From: an uncultured Planctomycetota bacterium
GTDB lineage: Bacteria > Planctomycetota > Planctomycetia > Gemmatales > Gemmataceae
DNA length: 64,000 bases
Direction of reading: 5' to 3'
Assembly: GCA_963849325.1 (NCBI GenBank)
Contig: CAWKHF010000009.1
Location: 256,001-320,000 of the forward strand
The translations under genes were made by a program, and so were the position numbers. How positions within the stretch are numbered: position 1 is the stretch's first letter; each line of letters begins with the position of its first letter. Positions 45,403 to 54,992 of the stretch are shown here, one piece after another. Under the pieces are notes generated by a model. That model had not been told where the DNA came from, did not search any database, and worked only from the letters and a program-made list of their open reading frames with translations.

Positions 45403-46767
45403 ATGACGGCGCCGACCTACGAAAAACTGACTCCTCCCAGCCAGGGGACTCGCGTCACCGTGGACTCGAGCGGCCGCTGGAACGTCCCCGACGATCCCAT
45501 TGTCTGCCTGCTGCGCGGCGACGGCATCGGCCGCGACGTCGGCGACGTGCCCGGCATCACCACCTGCGCCGCCCGCGTCCTCGACGCCGCCGTCCAGAAG
45601 GTTTATGGCGGCAAGCGGCGCATCCACTGGTTCGACGTGCAGGCCGGCGACGCCGCCCGTGAACGCTATCATCCCCAGGTCAAGGACGAGCAAGTGGCCT
45701 CGCTCAGCGAGGAGCAGCAGCGCCAGCTCTACCTGCCCGACGACACCCTCAAGGCGTTCGAGTATTACAGTCTCGGACTCAAAGGGCCGCTCACCACCCC
45801 TATCGGCGGCGGCTTTCGCAGCATCAACGTCTACCTGCGCATGCGTTTCGACCTGTATGCCTGCGTCCGGCCGGTGCGCTATTTCAAGGGCGTCGAGGCG
45901 CCCAACAAACGCGCCAACAAGGTGGACATGGTCATCTTCCGCGAGAACACCGAAGACGTGTACTGCGGCATCGAGTTCAAGAGCGGCAGCGATAAGGCCA
46001 AGCGCCTCATCGATCTGCTCAAGGAAATGGGGTATTCCAACGTGCTGCCCAGCTCGGGCATCGGCATCAAGCCGATGAGTCCCGAAGGGAGCAAGCGCCT
46101 CATCCGCATGGCGATCCGCTTTGCCATCGACAAGAAGCTGCCCAGCGTGACCCTCATGCACAAGGGCAACATCATGAAGTTCACCGAGGGCGCTTTCAAG
46201 GATTGGGGCTACGAGCTGGCCCGGCAGGAGTTCTCTCAACAGACAATCAGCGAGGACGAGGTTTCCAAGGGCGGCGACGCGAAGGGGAAGGTAGTCATCA
46301 AGGACCGTATCGCCGACAGCATGTTTCAGCAGGTCCAGCTGCGGCCCGACGAGTACAGCGTCATCGCCACGCCGAACCTCAACGGCGATTACCTATCCGA
46401 CGCGGCCGCGGCCATGGTCGGCGGTATCGGCTTGGCGGCGGGGGCGAACATCGGTGACCGGGCGGCGATGTTCGAGGCCACGCACGGCACGGCCCCGAAG
46501 TACACCGGCAAGAACATGGCCAACCCTGGAGCCGTCCTCTTGTCGGGAGTGCTGCTTCTGGAACACCTGGGATGGAGCGAGGCGGCCCAGTTTGTGAATC
46601 GGGCTGTCGAGGCGACGTTCGCGGAGAGCGAGGAGATCGCCCAGAAGGGGCCGGGCGGCAAACTATTCGTGACTTACGACATCGCCCGGCAGTTCCCCGG
46701 CTACGGCGAAAAGGCCGGCGTGCCCAGTTCGATCTTTACCGACCGCATCATCCACCACCTGCATTAA
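45403..46767 (+). CDS. icd: NADP-dependent isocitrate dehydrogenase
   Basis: GDGIG; KGPLTTPIGGGFRSINV; FRENTED; HKGNIMKFTEG; NLNGDYLSD; FEATHGTAPKY. Confidence 0.95.
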   Translation: MTAPTYEKLTPPSQGTRVTVDSSGRWNVPDDPIVCLLRGDGIGRDVGDVPGITTCAARVLDAAVQKVYGGKRRIHWFDVQAGDAARERYHPQVKDEQVASLSEEQQRQLYLPDDTLKAFEYYSLGLKGPLTTPIGGGFRSINVYLRMRFDLYACVRPVRYFKGVEAPNKRANKVDMVIFRENTEDVYCGIEFKSGSDKAKRLIDLLKEMGYSNVLPSSGIGIKPMSPEGSKRLIRMAIRFAIDKKLPSVTLMHKGNIMKFTEGAFKDWGYELARQEFSQQTISEDEVSKGGDAKGKVVIKDRIADSMFQQVQLRPDEYSVIATPNLNGDYLSDAAAAMVGGIGLAAGANIGDRAAMFEATHGTAPKYTGKNMANPGAVLLSGVLLLEHLGWSEAAQFVNRAVEATFAESEEIAQKGPGGKLFVTYDIARQFPGYGEKAGVPSSIFTDRIIHHLH

Positions 46768-46768
46768 T

Positions 46769-46846
46769 TAGGGACTAGGGACAGGGTAGGGAATAGGTTT
46801 CTTCTCTGGATCCTATTCCCTATTCCCTATTCCCTATTCCCTATTC
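46769..46846. repeat. Heptamer tandem repeat (CCCTATT)n with an imperfect inverted partner
   Basis: TAGGGACTAGGGACAGGGTAGGGAATAGG ... CCTATTCCCTATTCCCTATTCCCTATTCCCTATTC between convergent genes. Confidence 0.75.
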
Positions 46847-49221
46847 AATTTTGCGGGGGTGGGATTTTGCTCACCTGAGTCAACCAGTCTTGCCACTGTT
46901 GCTTATCCTGATCGGTCAGACCCTCGACCGTGTTCACCAGGGCGCGGAATCTGCTCGGTCTGGCGGCGCAGCTTGTCGAAGTCGCCCAGGCTGCCGAAGC
47001 ATTGGACCGTACCGCTCAGGGCCCAAATGGCTTCCGGACGGTTGCCCCACCTTTTCGCCAGCTCCTCATATTTCTTCAAGGCTTTGTCGTACTCGCCGAG
47101 GTTGAAGCGGCACTGCGCCACGATGAAGGGAACCTCCCGACGTTGCTTGTCGGTCAGCAGAGACGACAGCTCCGGGTCGTCGATTAACTCTTCCAGTTTG
47201 GCGAACTCCTCGGCGGCGCGGTTCATGGCTCGCTGGTTCTGTTCCAGGAAATGCTGGTGGGCGTCGGGGCTGATCGGGCCGCTCATGAAACGGTTGACCG
47301 TCCGCTGGGCGGCCAACTGGCGATACGAGTCGGCCAGTTGGAACCGCGCCCGCACCGCCTCCGGCGAAAGGGGGAAACGGTCGATGGTCCCCTCCAATTT
47401 CTCGACGACGTGGCGAAAATTTTGCGGCATCTTCGAGCCGCCATGGTACAGCAGCGAGCACAGGGCCAACCGCGATTTGTCTTGCGCCTCCTGATCCGGC
47501 TCGTGGTGCTCGATTTTGAGGTTCTGTTCCAGTTCCTGGGCGGCTTGATCGATGCGGCCCGCTTCCATGTCGATCATGGCCAGTTGGTAGCGGGCGCGAC
47601 AGGTGAAGCGGGCGTTGTTGGCCAGGCAGTTTTTGTAGGCGGCTTCGGCCGCGTCCACACGGCGGAGGTTGCGCTGGCTCTCGCCGAGCAAATACCAGCC
47701 CTCGCCCTGCCGATCGACGTTGTCCATGTCCTTTTCCAGGAGCTTCGTGAGCTTCTCGACGGCGCGAGCGTAATCCTGGCCGTCGTAGGAACAGACGGCG
47801 CTGAGCCAGAGATGTTCGTCCTTGTCGGCCGATCGGGCGGCCTCATCGTGGGCCTCCGCGGCCTGGCGGAACAACTCGCAAGCGGTGGCCTCTTCCTTCT
47901 TGCGCGTGGCGGCGTCGCGGGATTGCTTCGCCTTGTCGCGGCGGGAGCGCGCCCACTCGGAACTGAGGTCCGCTCGCAAGATTTGCGCCTGGGGTGCGAC
48001 GGCCACGCGCTCGTACAATTCGGCGGCTTGCACGGCCCGATCGAAGCGATGGGCCTGGCGAAACGTCTGCACGGCCCGCTCGAACAGGTCGCGCACGCGC
48101 GACAAATCCATGAATTCATTCTTCCAGTCGTCGGCCTTGCGGACCTTGGCCACGGACTCGGCCAACATTTCAATGGCCTTGTCCGAGTTGGCCTCATGCA
48201 AGCGCAGCTCGGCCAGGGCCAAGGCCGCGGCTTGCGCCTCGGGGCCATGCGTGCGCCGCAGACAGTCCGTCCACGCCTCGGCGGCCCGGTCGGACTGGTC
48301 GAGATGACCGTAGCAAACGCCAAGGTTGTACAGCACGCCGCCCAACTCCGTCGGTTGGACGTGCTTGTCGTTGAGCACCGTCTTCCACAGCTCCGCCGCC
48401 GCCGGCCACTTCTGTTCTTCCTGGTACAGAGTGGCCAGCAGCCGGCGCGACTCGGCGAGGACGGCCGACGGGGCCTGCTCGCTGATCTTCTCCAACGTCT
48501 TGCGGGCGTCCTCCCGTTGACCCAGGCGAAGGAGCAGCTTGGCGCCGGCCAGCTTGGCTGGGCCGAGGACGTCCTCGCCGATCTGCGGCACCTTCTCGCG
48601 CAGCTCCATGTTGGTCTTCAGGGCTTCCTTGACGTTCGGTGGATTGAGGCGCAAGTAGGCCTGGCAGAGCATGGACAGCGCCTCGGCGCGTTCGTCGGCC
48701 TGGTCCTTGTTCGCCTTGAGTAGCGCGATCACGCGGTTGGGGTCGTCGTTGGTGTGGAAGCCGACCTTGGCGAGAAGGTAGTGCAGACGGCCGGCGTCGT
48801 CGCCGGAGAGGTTGAGGCGATCCGCTTCTTCCAGGCAGCGGCGCGCCTCGCGCCAGTGCTCGCCGTCGTCTGCCTCGTTGGTGGCGTCGGCGATACGGAC
48901 GTGCGCCGAACCGAGAAGGAAGAACGCTTCGGCGGACCGATCCGGATCGTACCCGAGATCCTCGACAGCCTGCTGCGCGTGCGTCCGGGCGCCCTCGGGG
49001 TCGCCCCCGTGACGGTGCAGGAGGCGACGCGCCTCGGCGAGGTCGTGGTGCAGGTGGCGCACCGGATCGGGTTTGACGTATCCGCGAGCCAGGCAGACCG
49101 TGATCAGGGCCACGACGCCCACGAAGAACACGGGCACCTGCCACAACAGCCGCAGGGAGGAGCCGGCCGGCCGGTCTTCCTCCGGCTTGGCGGACGCTCC
49201 GGGAGCGGAAATCACGTCCAT
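46845..49221 (-). CDS. Membrane-anchored TPR protein, frameshift near 46948
   Basis: N-terminal TM helix LWQVPVFFVGVVAL; TPR helices (AFFLLGSAH, VLYNLGVCY, ARFQLADSY); the shifted frame gives a plausible end ...WQDWLTQVSKIPPPQN. Confidence 0.8.
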
Positions 49222-49422
49222 GAGTTTGTCCCGCCTGTCGGTCCTCGACTGCCGCCCCTCGCCTCTTGCCTGGGACCGAGAGCGAGGGACGCACGGCATC
49301 CATGCCGTGGCGGGGGCTTTTGACAAATTCAAGGAAGATTGTCAAGGGCAATGGCGAGCCGCTTGCGGCTTCGCGCGGGCCGTGGTCTACGCGAAGTCGC
49401 AAGCGGCTTGGGGAAGAGTTCC

Positions 49423-50160
49423 TCACTTCGTCGGCGTCCGCGGCGTCCCCAGCGCAGGCTCGGCCTGCTCCGCCAAGGTGGTCACCGAATCCATGCGGCG
49501 ATGGTCGTAAGGGTCGGGCAGAGTCAACTTGAGGAAGGGAGCTTTCGTTGTCCGTGCGGGGATGGGAGCCGCCACGGCCGCCGCGGTGGAGGCTTCCGCC
49601 GTCGGGTCGTCCAGGGAGGCGCGGTCGGACACGGGCTGCGCCTGGATCGGCAGGGGGATAGGTTCATTCACATTGGCCGAAGGCACACGCACCCGGCCCG
49701 TATCCGGCAGGGACGGGGGCTGCGGAAAAAGGGGCGTTTCCAGCAAGCCGCCCAGTGTCTCCTCGATCACCAGTCGGGGCAGGAGGGGTGTTGTCTTCAC
49801 CGGCCTGGGCAGGCGCGGCATGGCGGTCGGGGTCGTGGGCAGCGGCAGGGCAGGGGAGGTCCATCTCGCCGACGCGGCGGAGCGCCGAGGCGGTTCGGCG
49901 CGCTCCAAGGGGGGTGCTTCCGTTTCCTTCGGCGGCAATACCTTCGCCAGCAGATCACCGCCGGCATCCTCGGGGAAGGCGAAGCGGACGTCCTCCGTCT
50001 CGCCATCCTGTCTGGGTACCACCTGCCGCGCCGCGGCCGGTTCGTCCGCACGCGAGGCGTTTTCCGGGGCCACCACGACGGCCGAGCGACTGCAACCGGC
50101 CAGGGCCAGCAACAGTCCGCCAACGCACATTTTCCGGAGCGGAGCAGGGCAGGGGAGCAT
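49423..50160 (-). CDS. Pro-rich predicted lipoprotein
   Basis: Lipobox LAGC; FAFPEDAGG; DRASLDDPT; LPDPY. Confidence 0.7.
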   Translation of the reverse strand: MLPCPAPLRKMCVGGLLLALAGCSRSAVVVAPENASRADEPAAARQVVPRQDGETEDVRFAFPEDAGGDLLAKVLPPKETEAPPLERAEPPRRSAASARWTSPALPLPTTPTAMPRLPRPVKTTPLLPRLVIEETLGGLLETPLFPQPPSLPDTGRVRVPSANVNEPIPLPIQAQPVSDRASLDDPTAEASTAAAVAAPIPARTTKAPFLKLTLPDPYDHRRMDSVTTLAEQAEPALGTPRTPTK

Positions 50161-50208
50161 GGTTGGTTCTCTCCGGTCGGACGAGCGCGAAATCGCGCGT
50201 CGCTCCGG

Positions 50209-50895
50209 TCATTTGGCCGGGACTTCGAGGATCAGTTTCACCGCCGTGCCTTCCTTCGGCAGCAGCTTCTTGTTGGTTTCCAGCTTGACGTACTTCTCTT
50301 CTTTCATGGTCAAATTCGTCTGAAATACCGTCTCGTTGGTGACGGGAAAAATCGAGATCAGCGTGCCGGTCAAATCGGCACCGTAGACTTTCTCGTCCTT
50401 GTCGGGATTGGGTTGCTTGAGGGCGGAGCCGGTGAAGCGCCACTGCACTTTCGGCATCGGTTTGTTCGTCTTGGGATCGAGCAGCACTTTTTCGATCGGC
50501 AGACGTTTGGGTTGGCCGTCCGCGCCGGGAACTTCGAGGAACACCTTTATCTCGGGGCCTTGCGGCGCTTCCTTACTTTCGCCCATGACAGGCTTACCCG
50601 GCTTGAGGCCGAGGCTTTCCAGGGCGTTGTGGACCGCGCTCGGTTTGACGTCGATGGTCACGACCGTCTCGTGCGCCTTCTGCCCCTTGGGGAAGGCCCA
50701 GCACGCGATGACCTCGATCGGATAGATCTCCTTGTAGCGGGGATCATCGATCTTACGCGGGGCAATCTGGGCCTCGACGGTTACGGTGCGCTTGTCTTTG
50801 TCCACGGCGATGCCGGCCGGCTCGGCAGCGAGGGCGGAGGCGCATACCGCAGACAGAAGAATCAAGCCGGCGAGGCGGAGGCATGGGGAGGTCAT
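50209..50895 (-). CDS. Secreted YdjY-like domain protein
   Basis: Signal peptide; IEVIAC...KAHETVV...KPSAVHNALESLGLKPG; WRFTGS; YGADLTGTLISI. Confidence 0.7.
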   Translation of the reverse strand: MTSPCLRLAGLILLSAVCASALAAEPAGIAVDKDKRTVTVEAQIAPRKIDDPRYKEIYPIEVIACWAFPKGQKAHETVVTIDVKPSAVHNALESLGLKPGKPVMGESKEAPQGPEIKVFLEVPGADGQPKRLPIEKVLLDPKTNKPMPKVQWRFTGSALKQPNPDKDEKVYGADLTGTLISIFPVTNETVFQTNLTMKEEKYVKLETNKKLLPKEGTAVKLILEVPAK

Positions 50896-50912
50896 GGCGT
50901 ATTCCTGTGATC

Positions 50913-52344
50913 TTATTTGTCTCCGATACACACAACGACGGTAGGCTGCCGAGCATGGGAGCCTTCGAGGTTGCAGGTGGCGACGAAGAGCCGGCCGCCC
51001 CGCAAGACCGGGCCGCCATAAACCATTCCCGGCGCCTTCACGGGGTCGGCACCGAGGTCGAGCTTCCACTTCGCCGAGCCGTCGGCCAGGTTGATGGCGT
51101 GGACCACTCCGCGCAGGTCGCCGGCGTAGGCGACCCCGGCCGACACGGCGACCGGAGCGAAGAAAGGCGTTCGGGCGTCGTAGATCCAGCGCCGCTCGCC
51201 GGTCTGTAAATCGAAGGCTCGCACCTTGCCGTCCGTGGCCGTGGCAAGGGCAAGGTCCTTCGTCAGAGCGGCGCACGAGACGACGCCGGCCGGCACTTCC
51301 TTCTTCCACTTCTCCTTGCCGTCGGCGAGGCGATAGGCGGCGACAACACCCTTGGCGCCCTTGAGCATCTTGGTGGCGTAACCGATGCTACTGCCGCTGA
51401 CGACGACGAGATCACCCGACAGCGAAGGACCGCCCCAGGGATTGACCGCCAACGGCGTGCGCCAGACGATCGTCGCCAGTCCTGGCATCGAGACAGACGA
51501 GCGCTCGGTCGCCGACCTTTTCCTTGTCGAGAAAGGCGGAGGCGGCCAGTACGCGGTCGCCGGCCACCGCGACGGGTGCATCGACGTGCCATTTCCCCTC
51601 GCCCTGCTGCCACAGGCGTACCGACGACGGTTTCGGCAGATCGTCCTCGCTCGGGGGAACCGCCAGCATCGGATCTTTCTTCTTGTCCTCCTCGTACCGG
51701 GCCTGCAATTCCGCCCGTTTCTTGTCCAGTATCTTCTGGATGGAGGGCAGATCCATTTCCTTGCCGTCGAGGGTGACGCGGTTGGCGTCCACGCACAGGA
51801 CGCCGGCGGCCCCGGCGCCGACATAGACGCGACTACCGGCGAGGGTCGGCGAGCCTTCCAGATGCACCAGCGTTCCGGGCAGGGGGAACTGCCATAGCAT
51901 CTGCCCCTTGTCCAGACGCAAGCAGTGAAGAATAGCGCCATCGGTCTGGTGCATGCCATCGCCGAAGATGAGCTTGCCATCGTGGACGGCCGGCGAGCTG
52001 ACGGCCGGCAGCTTCAGGTATGGCGTGCCCTTGGTCCAGGCGACGCGCTGGGACGCCTTGGGATCGACGTTCAGACAGGTGAGCGTCGGCACGTTGAAAC
52101 CGCCGAGTCCGGAGACGAAAAGACGATCGTTGTACACAACCGGCGCGGCAACGAAGTGATCGGGCGATTTCCAGCTCCACAATACCTTCGGCGCCGCTGG
52201 TCCGGCGAGGCCGTCGCTGCCCGTGCGCTGAGGATTGCCCCGGTAAGTTGCCTCCGGTTCGGCGGCGCGGACATTCACCACAAAGGCACAAAGAACACAA
52301 AGGCAGATCACACCGGCCAGATAAGGAGACTTCGCAGCTCGCAT
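50913..52344 (-). CDS. PQQ-like beta-propeller (BamB-like) protein, frameshift near 51480
   Basis: YRGNPQRTG; SSPAV; repeated ...LDARTG..W / DLQTGERRW / NLADGSAKW motifs. Confidence 0.85.
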
Positions 52345-52389
52345 TTCCAATCCTTTATTCTCTTTGTGTCCTTTGTGCCTTTGTGGTGA
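52275..52389. repeat. REP-like inverted repeat overlapping the gene start
   Basis: TCACCACAAAGGCACAAAGAACACAAAG ... CTTTGTGTCCTTTGTGCCTTTGTGGTGA. Confidence 0.8.
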
Positions 52390-52394
52390 TTGAG

Positions 52395-54878
52395 TTATTC
52401 GGCCTTCGGCGTTTGTTCGTCGAGGACGCCGAGCACGTGGGTAGTGGCTACCTGGATGTTCCGGGCGCGGCGCTCGCCGCTACTGTAGTGGACCTCGACG
52501 CGATACGTGCCGGGCGTCAAGGCGAATCGCGCCGCCGGGGCGGCCTGTCCGCCGCGGCCATCGCCGCCGGAGACGAAGTACGTCCCTTGCAGCTTGCCAG
52601 CCCGGTCCAGCACTTTCACGCGGCTGCCGATGACACCGGACTTGCCCTTCACCTGCAACGTCACCGGCGTCCGCTTGACCGCGAACTCGGGATTGCCCAG
52701 CAGCACACACGACTCCTGACCCTCGTTGTTGAAGACAACGTCGAGCACGCCGTCGTTGTTGAAGTCCACCAAGCCGACCGCTTGCGTGTTGAAGATACGC
52801 TGGCCGAGGCCGAGCGCGTCGGTAGCGTCCTCAAAGGTGCCGTCGCCCTTGTTGCGGAAGAACCGATTGGGACCGCGCAGACAACCGACGATCAGATCGA
52901 GATGACCGTCATTGTCCACGTCACCCCAGGCGGCGGAGGTGCTGCCCGTGGACAGTTTCAGGCCGGTCCTGTCCGTCACGTCGGTGAATCGGCCGTCGCC
53001 ATCGTTGTGGAACAGCTTGCAGCCGTCGGGTTGGGGAACGAAAAGATCGGGCCGGCCATCGTTGTCGTAATCGCCGAACACGGGGCCGGCCTTGCCCGTG
53101 CGGTACGCAATGCCGGAATCCCTGGACTCGACGAACCCCTTCGTCGTGTTGAGCGCCAGCAGGCCGGAGCCGGACCCATAGAGGAAATCCGGCCGGCCAT
53201 CGCCGTTGACGTCGCAGACAGTCAGCGTGTCGCCCTTGACCGTACTGCCAAGTCCTTGCGGGCCGAGTCCCACTTCCTCGGAGACATCGGCGAAGCTCCA
53301 GAAGACAGCCTGTGGGACGGCGCCGGCCGTCCGGAAATAGAAAGCCCATTCGCCGGAACCCTGGCCGATCTTCAAGAGCAGGTTGTTCTTGCCGGCTTTC
53401 AACTTCAAGACGGCGTGGTTCTGGTCCGGGGCACACGCACGAGCGACGTTCTCGGAGAGGAGCCTTTCGCCGTTGAGCCACACCGTCAGACTGTCATCGC
53501 TGCCGAGCGAGACGGGCAGTTCCATCGCGCGGGCACACTCGATTTCGCGCTGCAGATAGACGATGGCATCGACGTTGTTGTTGGGGCGGAAGAGGGCGAG
53601 ATTGTTAACCTGACCGTCGGTGAACTTGCCCTCGCGCCAGACGGCTTCCTCGCCATTTTTGCCGCCGTACTTGCGGGTCCGGTTGATTTCCCTCTCGGGC
53701 GGATAGACGGTGTTGAAGCCTTTTCCATTGGGGTTGGGGAAGGGACCGATGTACGACCACTTGCCCAGGCGAAGCGGGGCAGCGCCGGGATCGAGCGGCC
53801 CCCTGTTGCGATACAGGCGCAGACCGTGGAAGCCATTGCCCAGGAGCAGATCGGGCCGGCCGTCGCCGTCGTAGTCGAGCCAAGCCGCGGCCGTCAGGTT
53901 GTAAGCGGGTTCGGGCGGCAACAAATGGCTGTCCTCGCGGAAGGTGCCGCCGAGGTTGGTGTACAGCTTCGGGCCGGCCGGGGTGGCCAACAGCAGGTCG
54001 GGTTTGCCGTCGCCGTTGTAATCGGCCCAGACGGCGGCGCGGCAGCCGGTCGCGCCGGGCAGGCTGACCTCGCTGAGCGATTCACCGCCATTTTGCATCA
54101 GGGCGACGCGGCCGGCGCCGACCAGGCACAGGTCGGCCTTGCCGTCGCCGTTGACGTCCACGCTGGAGATGGCCTGGGCATCGGGATCGACACGGGCGAT
54201 GGCCGAGTAGTGGCTGAAACCCGGCATCCCTTGCAAACGCCGGAAGTCCTCGCCGCCCCAGCCGACGAAATCGCGCTTGGGATTGTAATCGAGCTTCAAG
54301 CTGGCCTTGAGGCGCTGAATACGAGCGCGGCGCAGGTGTAGGTCGTCCTTGTTGCCGTCCACCATGCACGGCACGACGATCTCGCGGCCGGCCACGATGT
54401 CGGTGACGGCCGCCGCCAACTTCTCGACGTTGCCGGCGTAGCTGCGCAGCAGATACGGCTCGCCGTGGCTGAGGTTCCACCACTCGCCGCCGGCGTAGGC
54501 CTGATACCAGTAGGTGCCCAGGCACGTCTCGCTGGCGCCGCCGTTGTGGAAGAACACCGCCGTCTTGCCGACCTCCGCCCAGTCCATGGTGTACTGCCAT
54601 TCGCGCGGGTTGAAGCCGCCGCGGCCGATGTTGTGACGGATGATGTCGGTCGGGTGCTTGCCTTTCAGATCGCGCACCTTGCGATAGACGATCAGGTTCT
54701 TCGTCTTATCGACCTGCTCGACGCGCAGGACCATGATGTGGCTGGACAGGGCGATCACCTGTCCGAGACTGTGCGGCGCCTCGACATAAGCCTGCGCCGA
54801 ACGATCCTGGCAGATGAACAGCACACTACCCAGGAGGAGAACGGACAGGCAGCAGAGAAATCGTCGGAGGTCGAACAT
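52395..54878 (-). CDS. Secreted VCBS/FG-GAP repeat protein with an internal PA14-like beta domain
   Basis: DVNGDGKADL, DYNGDGKPDL, DYDNDGRPDL, DVDNDGHLDL; GSDDSLTVWLNG...LKAGKNNLLLKI. Confidence 0.85.
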   Translation of the reverse strand: MFDLRRFLCCLSVLLLGSVLFICQDRSAQAYVEAPHSLGQVIALSSHIMVLRVEQVDKTKNLIVYRKVRDLKGKHPTDIIRHNIGRGGFNPREWQYTMDWAEVGKTAVFFHNGGASETCLGTYWYQAYAGGEWWNLSHGEPYLLRSYAGNVEKLAAAVTDIVAGREIVVPCMVDGNKDDLHLRRARIQRLKASLKLDYNPKRDFVGWGGEDFRRLQGMPGFSHYSAIARVDPDAQAISSVDVNGDGKADLCLVGAGRVALMQNGGESLSEVSLPGATGCRAAVWADYNGDGKPDLLLATPAGPKLYTNLGGTFREDSHLLPPEPAYNLTAAAWLDYDGDGRPDLLLGNGFHGLRLYRNRGPLDPGAAPLRLGKWSYIGPFPNPNGKGFNTVYPPEREINRTRKYGGKNGEEAVWREGKFTDGQVNNLALFRPNNNVDAIVYLQREIECARAMELPVSLGSDDSLTVWLNGERLLSENVARACAPDQNHAVLKLKAGKNNLLLKIGQGSGEWAFYFRTAGAVPQAVFWSFADVSEEVGLGPQGLGSTVKGDTLTVCDVNGDGRPDFLYGSGSGLLALNTTKGFVESRDSGIAYRTGKAGPVFGDYDNDGRPDLFVPQPDGCKLFHNDGDGRFTDVTDRTGLKLSTGSTSAAWGDVDNDGHLDLIVGCLRGPNRFFRNKGDGTFEDATDALGLGQRIFNTQAVGLVDFNNDGVLDVVFNNEGQESCVLLGNPEFAVKRTPVTLQVKGKSGVIGSRVKVLDRAGKLQGTYFVSGGDGRGGQAAPAARFALTPGTYRVEVHYSSGERRARNIQVATTHVLGVLDEQTPKAE

Positions 54879-54927
54879 GAATTGTATCCTCCGTTGCACT
54901 CGTGAACGAGACCCTAACTTTTTGCCT

Positions 54928-54984
54928 ACAAGCCCGGAGGCGCTAGCGACGGGTACAGACTCGTCGCTGGCGCTCCGGGCTTGT
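54928..54984. repeat. REP-like palindrome (family of 10794-10849)
   Basis: ACAAGCCCGGAGGCGCTAGCGACG...CGTCGCTGGCGCTCCGGGCTTGT. Confidence 0.75.
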
Positions 54985-54992
54985 GGGGCATT

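Noticed and set aside
49320-49345. TTGACAA-N12-TTGTCAA inverted repeat upstream of the TPR gene
   Set aside because: Single short occurrence with no matching -10 box or cognate regulator identified; not enough support.
52248-54341. Long plus-strand ORFs (697 aa here; also 6562-7986, 12849-14030, 47251-48723, 49339-50910)
   Set aside because: Antisense shadows of well-supported minus-strand genes, typical of high-GC DNA; no recognisable motifs.
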